A stretch of DNA of 47,766 nt, from sequence record DRR723986_9818; one strand, written 5' to 3'. Below the pieces are notes generated by a model. It was given only the letters and a program-made list of their open reading frames with translations, made no database searches and had not been told where the DNA came from. How positions within the stretch are numbered: the first letter of the stretch is position 1; the number at the start of each line of letters is the position of its first letter. A program made the position numbers and the translations under genes. Below are positions 1 through 8,919 of the stretch, in pieces.

Positions 1-41
1 ATAATCTTCTTCGCGGATAATCTTCTTCGCTGAAAATCTTG
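1..41. repeat. 16-bp-period tandem repeat (ATAATCTTCTTCGC x2 plus a degenerate third copy)
   Basis: Identical 14-mers at 1-14 and 17-30, then AAAATCTTG at 33-41; may extend beyond the window edge. Confidence 0.75.
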
Positions 42-367
42 CCCTGCGCCCGGGACATATCTAGTGCTGGATCCGCGTCGGCCATTCTGTCGAGACGTTG
101 CGTCCGAACGTTGCCCATTGCTTCATTTTGGGGGCAGCTAGCTGCGGGACGCCGCGAGAGCCTCCCTCTAGTCTGAGCTTGGTAACGGTTGTGCCGGTTG
201 GGGGACAAAGTCCGGCCCAGGCAGGGTGATGTTTTTACGCATCTTTTCACAGTCGCATTCTAGTGACCTAAGTTTTATTGCTCTGTAGACCAACAACCGT
301 GAAATCGCGATCGTTGGCGGATCACAGAGTAGAGCAACTGGCTGTTACCAAAAAGAGCATCAAGCAG

Positions 368-598
368 ATGATCAAACTGACTCGCCTCGATTCGCAGCAA
401 TTCATCCTGAACGCAGACTTGATTCGATACGTCGAGGAGCGGCCAGATACGTTCGTGACGCTGACGTCGGGTGAACGAATCCTGGTCAAAGAAAAGATGG
501 ATCAGGTAGTTAACCTGGCTGTGGAGTATCAGCAGCGTAAGGCCATGATTCCAAACTTCGGGTGCCAGGGGGCTAGCACGCCCGCGGTTGCGACTTAG
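368..598 (+). CDS. flbD: Flagellar FlbD family protein
   Basis: MIKLTRLD..FILNADLIRYVEERPDTFVTL..GE..LVKE matches the FlbD pattern; lies directly before motA; start moved to the ATG at 368. Confidence 0.9.
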   Translation: MIKLTRLDSQQFILNADLIRYVEERPDTFVTLTSGERILVKEKMDQVVNLAVEYQQRKAMIPNFGCQGASTPAVAT

Positions 599-681
599 CA
601 CAGCGTCTTCAATTCAAGGGTGGCTGAGCAAGACGTTGGCCAAGAGAACAGAGTACTTTACAAACAAATTGGGGTAGTACG

Positions 682-1446
682 TTGGACATCACTTCACTAG
701 TCGGATTCTTACTCGCCTGCGGCCTGCTGCTTGGGTCGATCATGATGGGTACAGCACCGATCACAGCCTTTATTGACATTCCGTCGGGATTGGTCGTAAT
801 CGGGGGAGCTATCGCGGCGACGATGATGGCGTTCCCATTGAAGACGTTCTTGGCCTTGCCTATGGTTGGCATCAAGGCGTTTCTCAACAAGCCTGACGAC
901 ATCGTTGACATCATCAAACAACTTGTTTCGCTAGCCGAAGTTGCTCGCCGTGATGGCTTGCTGGCTTTGGAAAGCAAGATGGCGGACGTTGAACAGCCCG
1001 TCATCAAGGCCGGTCTGCAAATGGCCATTGACGGTAACGATGCGGAAACAATCGAAGCGGTGATGCGGAGCGAGATGGAGTCAATTTCTCGGCGTCACAA
1101 AGCTGGAAAATCAATGCTCGACCAGATTGCTCGTTTTGCTCCGGCGTACGGGATGATCGGGACCCTGATGGGTCTGATTATGATGCTCTCGGATATGTCT
1201 GACCCGTCTGGTATCGGTGCTGGTATGGCGGTCGCTCTGATTACAACCATGTACGGTGCGATCGTGGCCAACGTTGGTACTCAGCCCTTCGCCGAGAAGC
1301 TGGGGTTGTTGAGCAAGCAAGAGCTGACTGCGATGGAGTTGGTTGTTCGAGGCGTCCTGGCCATTCAGTCTGGTGAGAGTCCGCGTGCGTTGGAACAGAG
1401 GTTAATGACCTATGTGCATCCGAAACAACGACCAACCGAAGAATAA
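682..1446 (+). CDS. motA: Flagellar stator protein MotA/PomA
   Basis: Four hydrophobic segments; ARRDGLLALE, APAYGMIGTLMGLI and ALITTMYG motifs. Confidence 0.95.
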   Translation: MDITSLVGFLLACGLLLGSIMMGTAPITAFIDIPSGLVVIGGAIAATMMAFPLKTFLALPMVGIKAFLNKPDDIVDIIKQLVSLAEVARRDGLLALESKMADVEQPVIKAGLQMAIDGNDAETIEAVMRSEMESISRRHKAGKSMLDQIARFAPAYGMIGTLMGLIMMLSDMSDPSGIGAGMAVALITTMYGAIVANVGTQPFAEKLGLLSKQELTAMELVVRGVLAIQSGESPRALEQRLMTYVHPKQRPTEE

Positions 1447-1504
1447 AACTGGGGCAAGCGGGTAGAGCGTCGGCAATCAAGGCTGAGCAGAGCAGGGGAA
1501 TACG

Positions 1505-2254
1505 ATGGATGACGATGAAGAGGAAATGGGCATACCCGAGTGGGTTGTGACCTTTGGCGACATGATGAGTCTGTTGCTGACGTTCTTTATTATGTTGGTT
1601 TCGATGAGCGAGCTGAAGAAGGACGAGCAGTATCAGGCGATGGTTGAATCCATCAAGCAGCAGTTTGGCCACGATGCGTCGCCAAAAGCTGTCGCGCCTG
1701 GGGAACACCACGCTCGAAGCAACGCGCCGACGGTACTGGCGACGATGAGTCGAGCCAAGATGAAGGACACGCACAGCGGCGGGGTGCCGACCAAGGCGCC
1801 AGTCGGGGATAACGAACGAGTCCGAATTATTCGCCCGGGCGAAAGCACCGCGATTGGGACGGTCTTGTTCTTCAAAGATGGAGCGACGGAGCTGGACGAT
1901 GAGTCGAAGCAGAATCTCGACGAAGAGATTGAACAGATGTCAGGCAAGCCGCAGAAGATTGAGATTCGTGGACACACGGCTCAACAGCTTGCGGCCAACG
2001 GGCCAGAACCGCTCGACGCCATGGACTTGGGCTACCGTCGTTGCCGGAGTGTGATGAACTACCTTGTTAAGCAGCACGGTGTGCCGCCCGAGCGAATCAG
2101 GTTGTCCTCTGCAGGCGCCTGGGAGCCGATGTACTTGACCAACGATACCGAAAAGCTCCGCCTGAATCCGCGGGTCGAAGTCTTCTTGCTAGACGAGACG
2201 GTCGACCAACTTGTCGGAACAGTCGAAGAGCGTGAAGACGACGTTAGCGAGTAA
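1505..2254 (+). CDS. motB: Flagellar stator protein MotB
   Basis: WVVTFGDMMSLLLTFF transmembrane motif with the conserved Asp; OmpA-like C-terminus (IEIRGH...NPRVEV). Confidence 0.93.
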   Translation: MDDDEEEMGIPEWVVTFGDMMSLLLTFFIMLVSMSELKKDEQYQAMVESIKQQFGHDASPKAVAPGEHHARSNAPTVLATMSRAKMKDTHSGGVPTKAPVGDNERVRIIRPGESTAIGTVLFFKDGATELDDESKQNLDEEIEQMSGKPQKIEIRGHTAQQLAANGPEPLDAMDLGYRRCRSVMNYLVKQHGVPPERIRLSSAGAWEPMYLTNDTEKLRLNPRVEVFLLDETVDQLVGTVEEREDDVSE

Positions 2255-2360
2255 AAAAGCCCGCGTCGATAGAACTCAACTGATCCAAACATCAACGTTT
2301 TTTACCGCAATCAAAGTGGTCTATTCCAGCACAGGATTCGCGTAAGAGCGGAGTCATTTA

Positions 2361-2930
2361 ATGAGCGACGAAGCAGAAAAACCTGAAAACGAAGAAGGCG
2401 GCGAAGAGGCAAAATCCTCCGGCGGTCCGGCAGTCATGATCATTGCTTTCATTGCGATTGTGATCGTTGTGGAGACCGTTTTGTTTCTTGTGATGGTTCC
2501 AAGTGCTGAAGATGTGGCACGGCTGGCAGAGAAGCGGTTAATTGCAAACGTCGAAGCCAGCCTGGAAGAAGATGGCGAGGACACGATTGAGGACAACGAA
2601 GAGTTCAAGGAAATCTCGCTAGGTACCTACTCGATCATGTTCACGCCACCTGGCCAAGAACAGCGTAAGCATCGTGTGGAATTCGAGTTGGTCGGCGTCG
2701 TCTTGGCTGAGGATGAAATGCTGGCGAGCGAGATGTACGCAGAACGTGAGGGGCGATTCAAGGATCGATTGCTAGCAGAGGTTCGCAATGCTTCTATTGA
2801 TGAACTTGAAGAGATGGGCTTGATCAAGCGGCGCGTTTTTGCGACAAGCAATGAGTTGATTCAGCGAGAGGATGGAACGCCCATCCTGCGCGAGATCGCA
2901 CTTCCGCGCTACGCGGTTGTTGAGATGTAG
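2361..2930 (+). CDS. fliL: Flagellar basal body-associated FliL-like protein
   Basis: Acidic N-terminus, single TM, about 190 aa, positioned between motB and fliN; sequence is divergent. Confidence 0.7.
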   Translation: MSDEAEKPENEEGGEEAKSSGGPAVMIIAFIAIVIVVETVLFLVMVPSAEDVARLAEKRLIANVEASLEEDGEDTIEDNEEFKEISLGTYSIMFTPPGQEQRKHRVEFELVGVVLAEDEMLASEMYAEREGRFKDRLLAEVRNASIDELEEMGLIKRRVFATSNELIQREDGTPILREIALPRYAVVEM

Positions 2931-2982
2931 CAAGGTTCGCGCTGCGACACACAGCGACGGCATTAGAATTGGCAGGAAGCCG

Positions 2983-3420
2983 ATGAGTGAAGAGACAAAA
3001 GACCAGGAAGCCAGTGCCGAGACTGCCGCTCCTGATGAGGTGGTTGATAGTGCTTCTCAAGCCCTTGATGAAGCTGAGGCTGCCATTGAGAGCCTGGACC
3101 AGCCCACAGAATCTCGGCCAGCCGCATTCAAGCTTGAGAGTCTGATCGGCGAAGAGCAACCCCCGGAAAAGTGCTCGATCGAGCTTCTCCGCGATGTGGA
3201 CCTCGATTTGAAAATCGAGCTCGGGCGAACTCACATGCTTCTCGAAGACGTGCTTCAACTCCGACAAGGCTCCGTAGTGACACTGGACAAGTTGGCCGGT
3301 GATCCGGTGGATTTGTTCGTTAACGGGCGTCTCGTCGCCAAAGGTGAGATCTTGGTGCTGAACGACAATTTTTGTGTTCGAATTGCCGAACTGATCGGCT
3401 CGGACGCTCTAATCGAGTGA
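2983..3420 (+). CDS. fliN: Flagellar motor switch protein FliN
   Basis: SpoA domain ([16 protein letters not shown]...[27 protein letters not shown]); ATG 2983 follows AGGA. Confidence 0.93.
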   Translation: MSEETKDQEASAETAAPDEVVDSASQALDEAEAAIESLDQPTESRPAAFKLESLIGEEQPPEKCSIELLRDVDLDLKIELGRTHMLLEDVLQLRQGSVVTLDKLAGDPVDLFVNGRLVAKGEILVLNDNFCVRIAELIGSDALIE

Positions 3421-3555
3421 CACCCAACCAAAGGCTCACGAAGCGATTCTCAACCCGCACGAGGAGAGCTTTGAAGCCAGCGCTAACCACCTGAGGTTAG
3501 TGAACGATTACAGGTATTAGCCCAGCGTGACTTCCCGCGTCACTCACTTGGCTAA

Positions 3556-3571
3556 TCGACAAGGATGTCGA
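3556..3571 (+). promoter_or_regulatory. Putative CsrA/RsmA-binding hairpin over the fliO ribosome-binding site
   Basis: TCGACA-AGGA-TGTCGA perfect stem containing ACAAGGATGT (CsrA consensus RUACARGGAUGU), ending 1 nt before ATG 3573. Confidence 0.6.
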
Positions 3572-3572
3572 A

Positions 3573-4517
3573 ATGCGACCCAGAACTACAATGCGCCAGC
3601 TCGAGAGAGCTTGCCAATTCGATTCATTGCTGAAGCTATCGCAGTTCCGGCGAGCGGTCACTCCACGGCAGCTCGCAATTGCGTCTACGCTCCTCGGTTG
3701 GGCAATCCTCGTTGCAACGCCAGCATTTGCCCAGCAACCGGGCTTCCCGCAGCAGCAGAGTTTCCCACAGCAACAAACTGCACACCAGCAAAGTCATTCT
3801 TTTCAAGCTGGTCAATCAAACGGCCCGATGACGTCAGGCTCAGGAAGGTTGGTTCGCGGACAGAGCGATCCGGTCGGTGGGGCCGTTAACGCTCAAGTGA
3901 ATGCCCAAGCGGTTGGTGGCTCCTACCCGAACGGTGGATACCGCGACGAATGGAACGCGGCGCATCCTGGCTCACAAGCACAACCGGCAACGGACGTTCA
4001 TTCAAACCCGGTCGTACCGGCGTCCGCACAGCAGCCTGTTGCGCCTGAGTCGGGTGACGCGGCAAGCGGTCCTGCCGCAGACGCTGGTGGGCAGCAAAGC
4101 GGAACACCATTAGATCTATCGCCTACAGATCAGAATACAAAGGCCAAAGGTTCGAGCGGTGTTTTTGGAGCTGTCGTCTCCATTGGCTCCAGTTTTGTCA
4201 TTGTGATGGCCTTGTTCTTGGGCGTTGCCTGGTTCTACCGAAAAACAATGTCAACGACGATGGGCAGCAGTTTGCCAAAACAAGTCGTTGAAGTGCTCGG
4301 GCGCTCAAGCATTGCCGCACGGCAGCAGCTCGTGCTCGTACGATTTGGTTCCAAGCTCGTTTTGGTCAGCATGATTCAGGGCGAAGCGCGGACGATCAGC
4401 GAGATTACGGACCCACTGGAGGTGGACAAGCTGACCGGCGAGTGTGAAAGCGCTAAGCCGGGAAGTTCAGTCCAATCCTTCAAGTCCGTCTTTGCCCAAG
4501 GAGGTCGCGCATCGTGA
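3573..4517 (+). CDS. fliO: Flagellar biosynthesis protein FliO with a long N-terminal extension
   Basis: TM followed by VEVLGRSSIAARQQLVLVRFGSKLVLV (FliO core); lies between fliN and fliP; stop overlaps the fliP start (GTGA). Confidence 0.85.
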   Translation: MRPRTTMRQLERACQFDSLLKLSQFRRAVTPRQLAIASTLLGWAILVATPAFAQQPGFPQQQSFPQQQTAHQQSHSFQAGQSNGPMTSGSGRLVRGQSDPVGGAVNAQVNAQAVGGSYPNGGYRDEWNAAHPGSQAQPATDVHSNPVVPASAQQPVAPESGDAASGPAADAGGQQSGTPLDLSPTDQNTKAKGSSGVFGAVVSIGSSFVIVMALFLGVAWFYRKTMSTTMGSSLPKQVVEVLGRSSIAARQQLVLVRFGSKLVLVSMIQGEARTISEITDPLEVDKLTGECESAKPGSSVQSFKSVFAQGGRAS

Positions 4518-5476
4518 GTACGCTGACTTCCAGGCTTTTATGCTTGCTCGGTTGCCTGTCCATTGGCATGTCCTTCAGCGGTCCAGTTGCCGCTCAAGAA
4601 GCACTGCCCAACCAACCCATGCGGTTGCAGACGCAGAGTCCGTCGTCGACAACCGCGCAAAGCGGTCTCGTCGAACAGCCTCGCGGAGCGGGAGAAACGT
4701 TTTTCGATCGCACGGCTGACATGCTGGGCGGCGCTCTCGAAAGTCAGGCGGAATCGCCCCAGACGCCAGAAAGTTTCTTGCTCTCTGGGCCAGAACATTG
4801 GACCAGCCGTGAAGGGCTGACGAGTAGTCTGCAGATCCTCATCCTACTGACGGTTCTCAGCCTGGCACCAGCGATCTTGTTGATGACGACTTGCTACGTC
4901 CGAATCATCGTAGTGTTAGGCCTGTTGCGGCAGGCGATGGGAACAGGCCAGCTTCCTCCCAGTCAAGTAATCACAGCCATTAGCCTGTTCATGACGATGT
5001 TTGTGATGGCTCCGGTGTGGAATGAGGTATACGACAAGTCGATTGCCCCGTACACAGCCTCCGGTTCTGAAATGACCATCAAGGAAGCGTGGGATGCTGG
5101 CGTCGCACCCGTTCAGGCATTCATGATTCGACAAATCAAGTTTGCCGAGAACGATGCGGACGTGATGTTGTTTTATCGTTACCACGCTGCGGACAAACCG
5201 TTGCCGAGTACGTTTGAAGAAGTGCCGCTCCAAGTCCTTCTGCCAGCATTCATGCTCAGCGAACTGAAGACGGCGTTCCTGATGGGGTTCCAGATCTTCT
5301 TGCCGTTTCTCTTGATTGATCTTGTAGTTGCATCGGTGACGATCTCGATGGGTATGATGATGCTGCCTCCGGCGATGATATCCCTGCCGTTTAAACTGCT
5401 TCTGTTCGTGTTGATCGATGGCTGGCACTTAGTAGTCGAAATGCTCCTGTCGAGCTTCGGCACATTTGGTATGTAG
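4514..5476 (+). CDS. fliP: Flagellar export pore protein FliP
   Basis: LLTVLSLAPAILLMTTCYVRIIVVL, LLPAFMLSELKTAF and MGMMMLPPAMISLPFKLLLFVLIDGW motifs. Confidence 0.97.
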   Translation: MSTLTSRLLCLLGCLSIGMSFSGPVAAQEALPNQPMRLQTQSPSSTTAQSGLVEQPRGAGETFFDRTADMLGGALESQAESPQTPESFLLSGPEHWTSREGLTSSLQILILLTVLSLAPAILLMTTCYVRIIVVLGLLRQAMGTGQLPPSQVITAISLFMTMFVMAPVWNEVYDKSIAPYTASGSEMTIKEAWDAGVAPVQAFMIRQIKFAENDADVMLFYRYHAADKPLPSTFEEVPLQVLLPAFMLSELKTAFLMGFQIFLPFLLIDLVVASVTISMGMMMLPPAMISLPFKLLLFVLIDGWHLVVEMLLSSFGTFGM

Positions 5477-5558
5477 AAACGCATCGGAGAGGTTCGCCTC
5501 TTGCGCGGCGACCGACGGCTGGCTGATAGAGTCCCTCAAACGCACTGAGAAACGAAAC

Positions 5559-5831
5559 ATGGAAACTGGAGACGCGGTAGAGTTGGTACGAATGGCTGTG
5601 CTGACTGCGATGCTCGTCGGAGCTCCACTGCTGGTGGTCGGGATGGTCGTCGGGCTCATCATTAGTTTGCTGCAGGCCGTCACTCAGATCCAGGATCAAA
5701 CGCTAAGTGCGGTACCCAAGATCGTCGCCATGATCTTGGCACTGGTGGTTTGCATGCCGTGGATCGCCGAACGAATGATCGATTACACTCGCCAGACGTA
5801 TTCGCAGATCCCAGGTAAGATGGCGGAATAG
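5559..5831 (+). CDS. fliQ: Flagellar export protein FliQ
   Basis: VGLIISLLQAVTQIQDQTLSAVPK motif; 90 aa from ATG 5559. Confidence 0.95.
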   Translation: METGDAVELVRMAVLTAMLVGAPLLVVGMVVGLIISLLQAVTQIQDQTLSAVPKIVAMILALVVCMPWIAERMIDYTRQTYSQIPGKMAE

Positions 5832-5836
5832 CGAGT

Positions 5837-6616
5837 ATGCTGGACACTCTCACAACTCTGCTAAGCCAACCGCTTTGGGTTTTTCTGTGTGTTCTGTCGA
5901 GAGTCAGTCCGACGATCATGATCGCGCCACCAACGCGATCTGGTGCAATTCCGATGCGTGTTCGAGCGTTGATTGCGGTTGCTGTCGCTTTTCTGACTAC
6001 TCCGCTTGCGCTCGGCAATGCCACCAGCCTTCCTGGGAATGTCATTAATATCGGCATCGCCCTGGCTGGGGAAGTGCTCTTGGGAATGATGTTGGGCAGC
6101 ATCATTACACTGGCGATCTTGAGTCTGCAGCTTGCTGGTCAAGCCGCCAGCCACCTCGCTGGTTTCGATCTCGCCAATGCGGCTGACCCAAGTAGCGATG
6201 AGCAGATTCCGGTGATCAGTAATCTACTCGGATGGCTCGCAATCGTGACTCTGTTGATTGCCGGTGGACATCGATACATGCTCGAATGCTGTCTCGACAG
6301 CCTGACGGCTTACCCTGCCGGTCAGGTCATTTTTGAAGATCGATGGCTTGCAGAATTCAGAGAGCTGCTTTCCCACACCTTCGTCATTGGTATCCGCGCG
6401 GCTGCGCCACTTGCAACGGCTCTCTTGCTGGCCAACATGGTAACAGGCCTGCTGGCGAGGACTCTGCCGCAATTGAATGTTCTTGCGATTGGCTTCAACA
6501 TCAATGCGCTGAGCCTGCTGTCACTGCTGTTCTTCTCAGTAGGCGGCATCTCTTGGGTTTACCAAAGGGAGCTGACCACTTGGCTAGAAGCCTGTCGGGA
6601 CATCGTGACCCGCTGA
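5837..6616 (+). CDS. fliR: Flagellar export protein FliR
   Basis: Polytopic 259 aa; GLLARTLPQLNVLAIGF motif; follows fliQ. Confidence 0.93.
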   Translation: MLDTLTTLLSQPLWVFLCVLSRVSPTIMIAPPTRSGAIPMRVRALIAVAVAFLTTPLALGNATSLPGNVINIGIALAGEVLLGMMLGSIITLAILSLQLAGQAASHLAGFDLANAADPSSDEQIPVISNLLGWLAIVTLLIAGGHRYMLECCLDSLTAYPAGQVIFEDRWLAEFRELLSHTFVIGIRAAAPLATALLLANMVTGLLARTLPQLNVLAIGFNINALSLLSLLFFSVGGISWVYQRELTTWLEACRDIVTR

Positions 6617-6640
6617 CGCAACCTGGAGCTGCAACTACGA

Positions 6641-7624
6641 CTAGCTAGCGTAACCACGAGGGTGCGACTGGTGCCACTTCCAAGCGGTAGCGACGATGCT
6701 TTCGATGTCGCAGTATTTCGGCTGCCAGCCAAGGATTCGCTTCGCCAAAGAGCTGTCGGCAACGAGTTCGTCTGGGTCGCCCGGACGTCGCTGTTCTACG
6801 ACGGTTGGAATGGGGTGACCAGTGACGCGTCGGCACGCTTCGACGACCTCTTTGACGCTGTGACCAACGCCAGTTCCCAGGTTGACCTGGATGTTTGATC
6901 CGGGTTCAAGCAGCTTGAGTGCTCTGTCGTGAGCATCCGCCAAGTCGTCCACGTGGATGTAATCGCGAATGCACGTGCCGTCCGGCGTGTTGTAATCGTC
7001 GCCGAAGATGCCAATTCGTTCGCGTTGCCCCAGTGCAGTTTGAAGAACGATTGGGATCAAGTGGCTTTCGGGGTCGTGGTCTTCACCAATGTCTCCATCG
7101 GGGCTTGCTCCCGCCGCGTTGAAGTAGCGGAGTGCTGCGGTTCCAAAGCCATAGGCACGGGCGTAGTCGGTCAACGCGTGCTCGATAACCAGCTTCGTGA
7201 AACCGTACGGATTGATTGGAAGCTGCGGAGTTGTCTCGGCGATGGGCATCTTTTCAGGTTGCCCATAGGTCGCAGTGGTGCTTGAGAATACAATTTTGCT
7301 GACACCTGCACCGCGCATTGCTTCCAAGAGCTCCAGGGTGGCGGTGACATTGTTTTGGTAGTACATCGCAGGCTGGGCAACGGATTCACCAACCAGTGCA
7401 AATGCGGCGAAGTGCATGACCGCTTCGATGCCCTTTTCCTCGAGCACTCGGCTTAGCTTCTTGCGATCCGAAAGATCTCCTTCGATCAGCCGTTCGGCGG
7501 GAACGCTAGCGCGATGGCCACGCGACAGGTTGTCGTACACCCAAACTTGGTGCCCGTCATTCATCATCCGGCGAACAGTATGTGAGCCAACGTATCCCGC
7601 GCCGCCGATCACCAAAATCTTCAT
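6641..7624 (-). CDS. galE: UDP-glucose 4-epimerase
   Basis: GGAGYVGSH Rossmann motif, FSST, YGFTK (YxxxK), LRYFNAAGA, DGTCIRDYIHV. Confidence 0.95.
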   Translation of the reverse strand: MKILVIGGAGYVGSHTVRRMMNDGHQVWVYDNLSRGHRASVPAERLIEGDLSDRKKLSRVLEEKGIEAVMHFAAFALVGESVAQPAMYYQNNVTATLELLEAMRGAGVSKIVFSSTTATYGQPEKMPIAETTPQLPINPYGFTKLVIEHALTDYARAYGFGTAALRYFNAAGASPDGDIGEDHDPESHLIPIVLQTALGQRERIGIFGDDYNTPDGTCIRDYIHVDDLADAHDRALKLLEPGSNIQVNLGTGVGHSVKEVVEACRRVTGHPIPTVVEQRRPGDPDELVADSSLAKRILGWQPKYCDIESIVATAWKWHQSHPRGYAS

Positions 7625-7679
7625 CGCAAACTATTCCTGAAACACTTGCAGGTATCACCCAATGCCTGACGGCTTTAAT

Positions 7680-7716
7680 TCAACCGTGGGTCGCTAGCTC
7701 AACCGTAGGTCGCTAG
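7680..7716. repeat. Two-copy tandem repeat TCAACCGTRGGTCGCTAG (19-bp period)
   Basis: 7680-7697 and 7699-7716 match at 17 of 18 positions; in the galE/xerD divergent spacer. Confidence 0.8.
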
Positions 7717-7721
7717 GAATC

Positions 7722-7748
7722 ATATCGGATTGCCAGCTTGATGCCTTG
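7722..7748 (-). promoter_or_regulatory. Possible sigma-28-like promoter for galE
   Basis: Minus strand reads CAAG-N15-TCCGATAT versus the FliA consensus TAAA-N15-GCCGATAA. Confidence 0.25.
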
Positions 7749-7956
7749 CCCATTTTCCGTAGGACATCCACAGAAGGTGATTGATTTGCCGATTATAGGA
7801 GCAGGAGGTAGGAAATTCCGACGATTCGGTAGATCCCGATGCAATTGACGTTCGCGCAACGTGCGAAGCTTCGAAGAGGGCTAGGCCTCAGGCCCAGCAC
7901 AAACCACTGCAAGGTAAACAGCTTGCAGACCGTTGAGTACTCACTTCGGAAATGCA

Positions 7957-8919
7957 ATGCCAAGCAAGCTTCAACAACTTCGCAAGAGCGGTCGCAAGAC
8001 AGCCAAACCGCAGGCTGACGCGTCCAATCATAGCGGCCTGTTGGAGCGATTCACAACTTACCTGCGAAGCGAATGCCATCTGGCTGAAAATACAGTTGTT
8101 GCCTACCAGAACGACCTGAGGCGTTTCCTGGGATGGGCCGCCGATCAGAAGGCCCTTGCGAAACTCAAGCTCCAGGATCTTAGCGAGTTCGTAGCCACTT
8201 TGCCAGTAGAAGGTTTGTCGCCTGCATCTGCATCCCGATGTATCGTTGCGGTGCGGATGTTCTTCAAGTACCTCCAGCTTGAGGGCATTGTGCAGGATAA
8301 CCCCTCGGAATTGCTGGCAACGCAACGAACATGGCAACGCATCCCGAAAGCCATTACACCAGAGGTGGTCGAGAAATTCTTGGCCGCGCCAGGACGATTG
8401 GATACCTTCGGCCAACGTGACACGGCGATTCTTGAACTACTGTATGCGACCGGCTGTCGCGTTTCCGAGGTCTGTACTTTGTTGCTTGCCAATCTTCACC
8501 TGGCCGAAGGCTATTGCTTGGTGGAAGGGAAGGGCAGCAAGCAGCGAATGGTGCCACTTGGGCAACGCGCCGTACAAGCAATTGAAACCTATATCCAGGA
8601 TCAGCGAGTCGGGCTCGTTGGGAACCGACTGCCAGAGGCTTGTCCATGGCTGCTGCTCTCCCGCACGGGGCGGCAACTGCGTCGTGAGGCCGTTTGGGAA
8701 CTGGTGAAGCGATACGCACTACGCAGCGGCATTGACCCGAGTGTTAGCCCGCACACGCTGAGGCATAGTTTCGCGACACACATGCTCACCGGTGGAGCCG
8801 ATCTACGTCAGATTCAGGAGTTGCTTGGGCACGCTAGTATTCAGACGACGCAGATCTACACGTCCGTGGAGAGCTCGCGCTTGAAGCGAATTCACCAACA
8901 GTATCACCCGCGTGCTTAA
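7957..8919 (+). CDS. xerD: Tyrosine recombinase XerD (XerC/D family)
   Basis: Full catalytic set: LLYATGCRVSE, GKGSKQR, PHTLRHSFATH, LLGHASIQTTQIYT; C-terminus YHPRA; start ATG 7957 or TTG 7933. Confidence 0.88.
   Translation: MPSKLQQLRKSGRKTAKPQADASNHSGLLERFTTYLRSECHLAENTVVAYQNDLRRFLGWAADQKALAKLKLQDLSEFVATLPVEGLSPASASRCIVAVRMFFKYLQLEGIVQDNPSELLATQRTWQRIPKAITPEVVEKFLAAPGRLDTFGQRDTAILELLYATGCRVSEVCTLLLANLHLAEGYCLVEGKGSKQRMVPLGQRAVQAIETYIQDQRVGLVGNRLPEACPWLLLSRTGRQLRREAVWELVKRYALRSGIDPSVSPHTLRHSFATHMLTGGADLRQIQELLGHASIQTTQIYTSVESSRLKRIHQQYHPRA

Noticed and set aside
130-230. Possible c-di-GMP-I riboswitch upstream of flbD (GGGACGC...GCCTCC)
   Set aside because: Lacks the GGCAAA..GAAA stem and the GCAAAG junction; resemblance is superficial
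7957-8919. Tyrosine recombinase as a prophage or ICE integrase
   Set aside because: Size and motifs fit housekeeping XerD; no tRNA, att repeats or mobile cargo nearby
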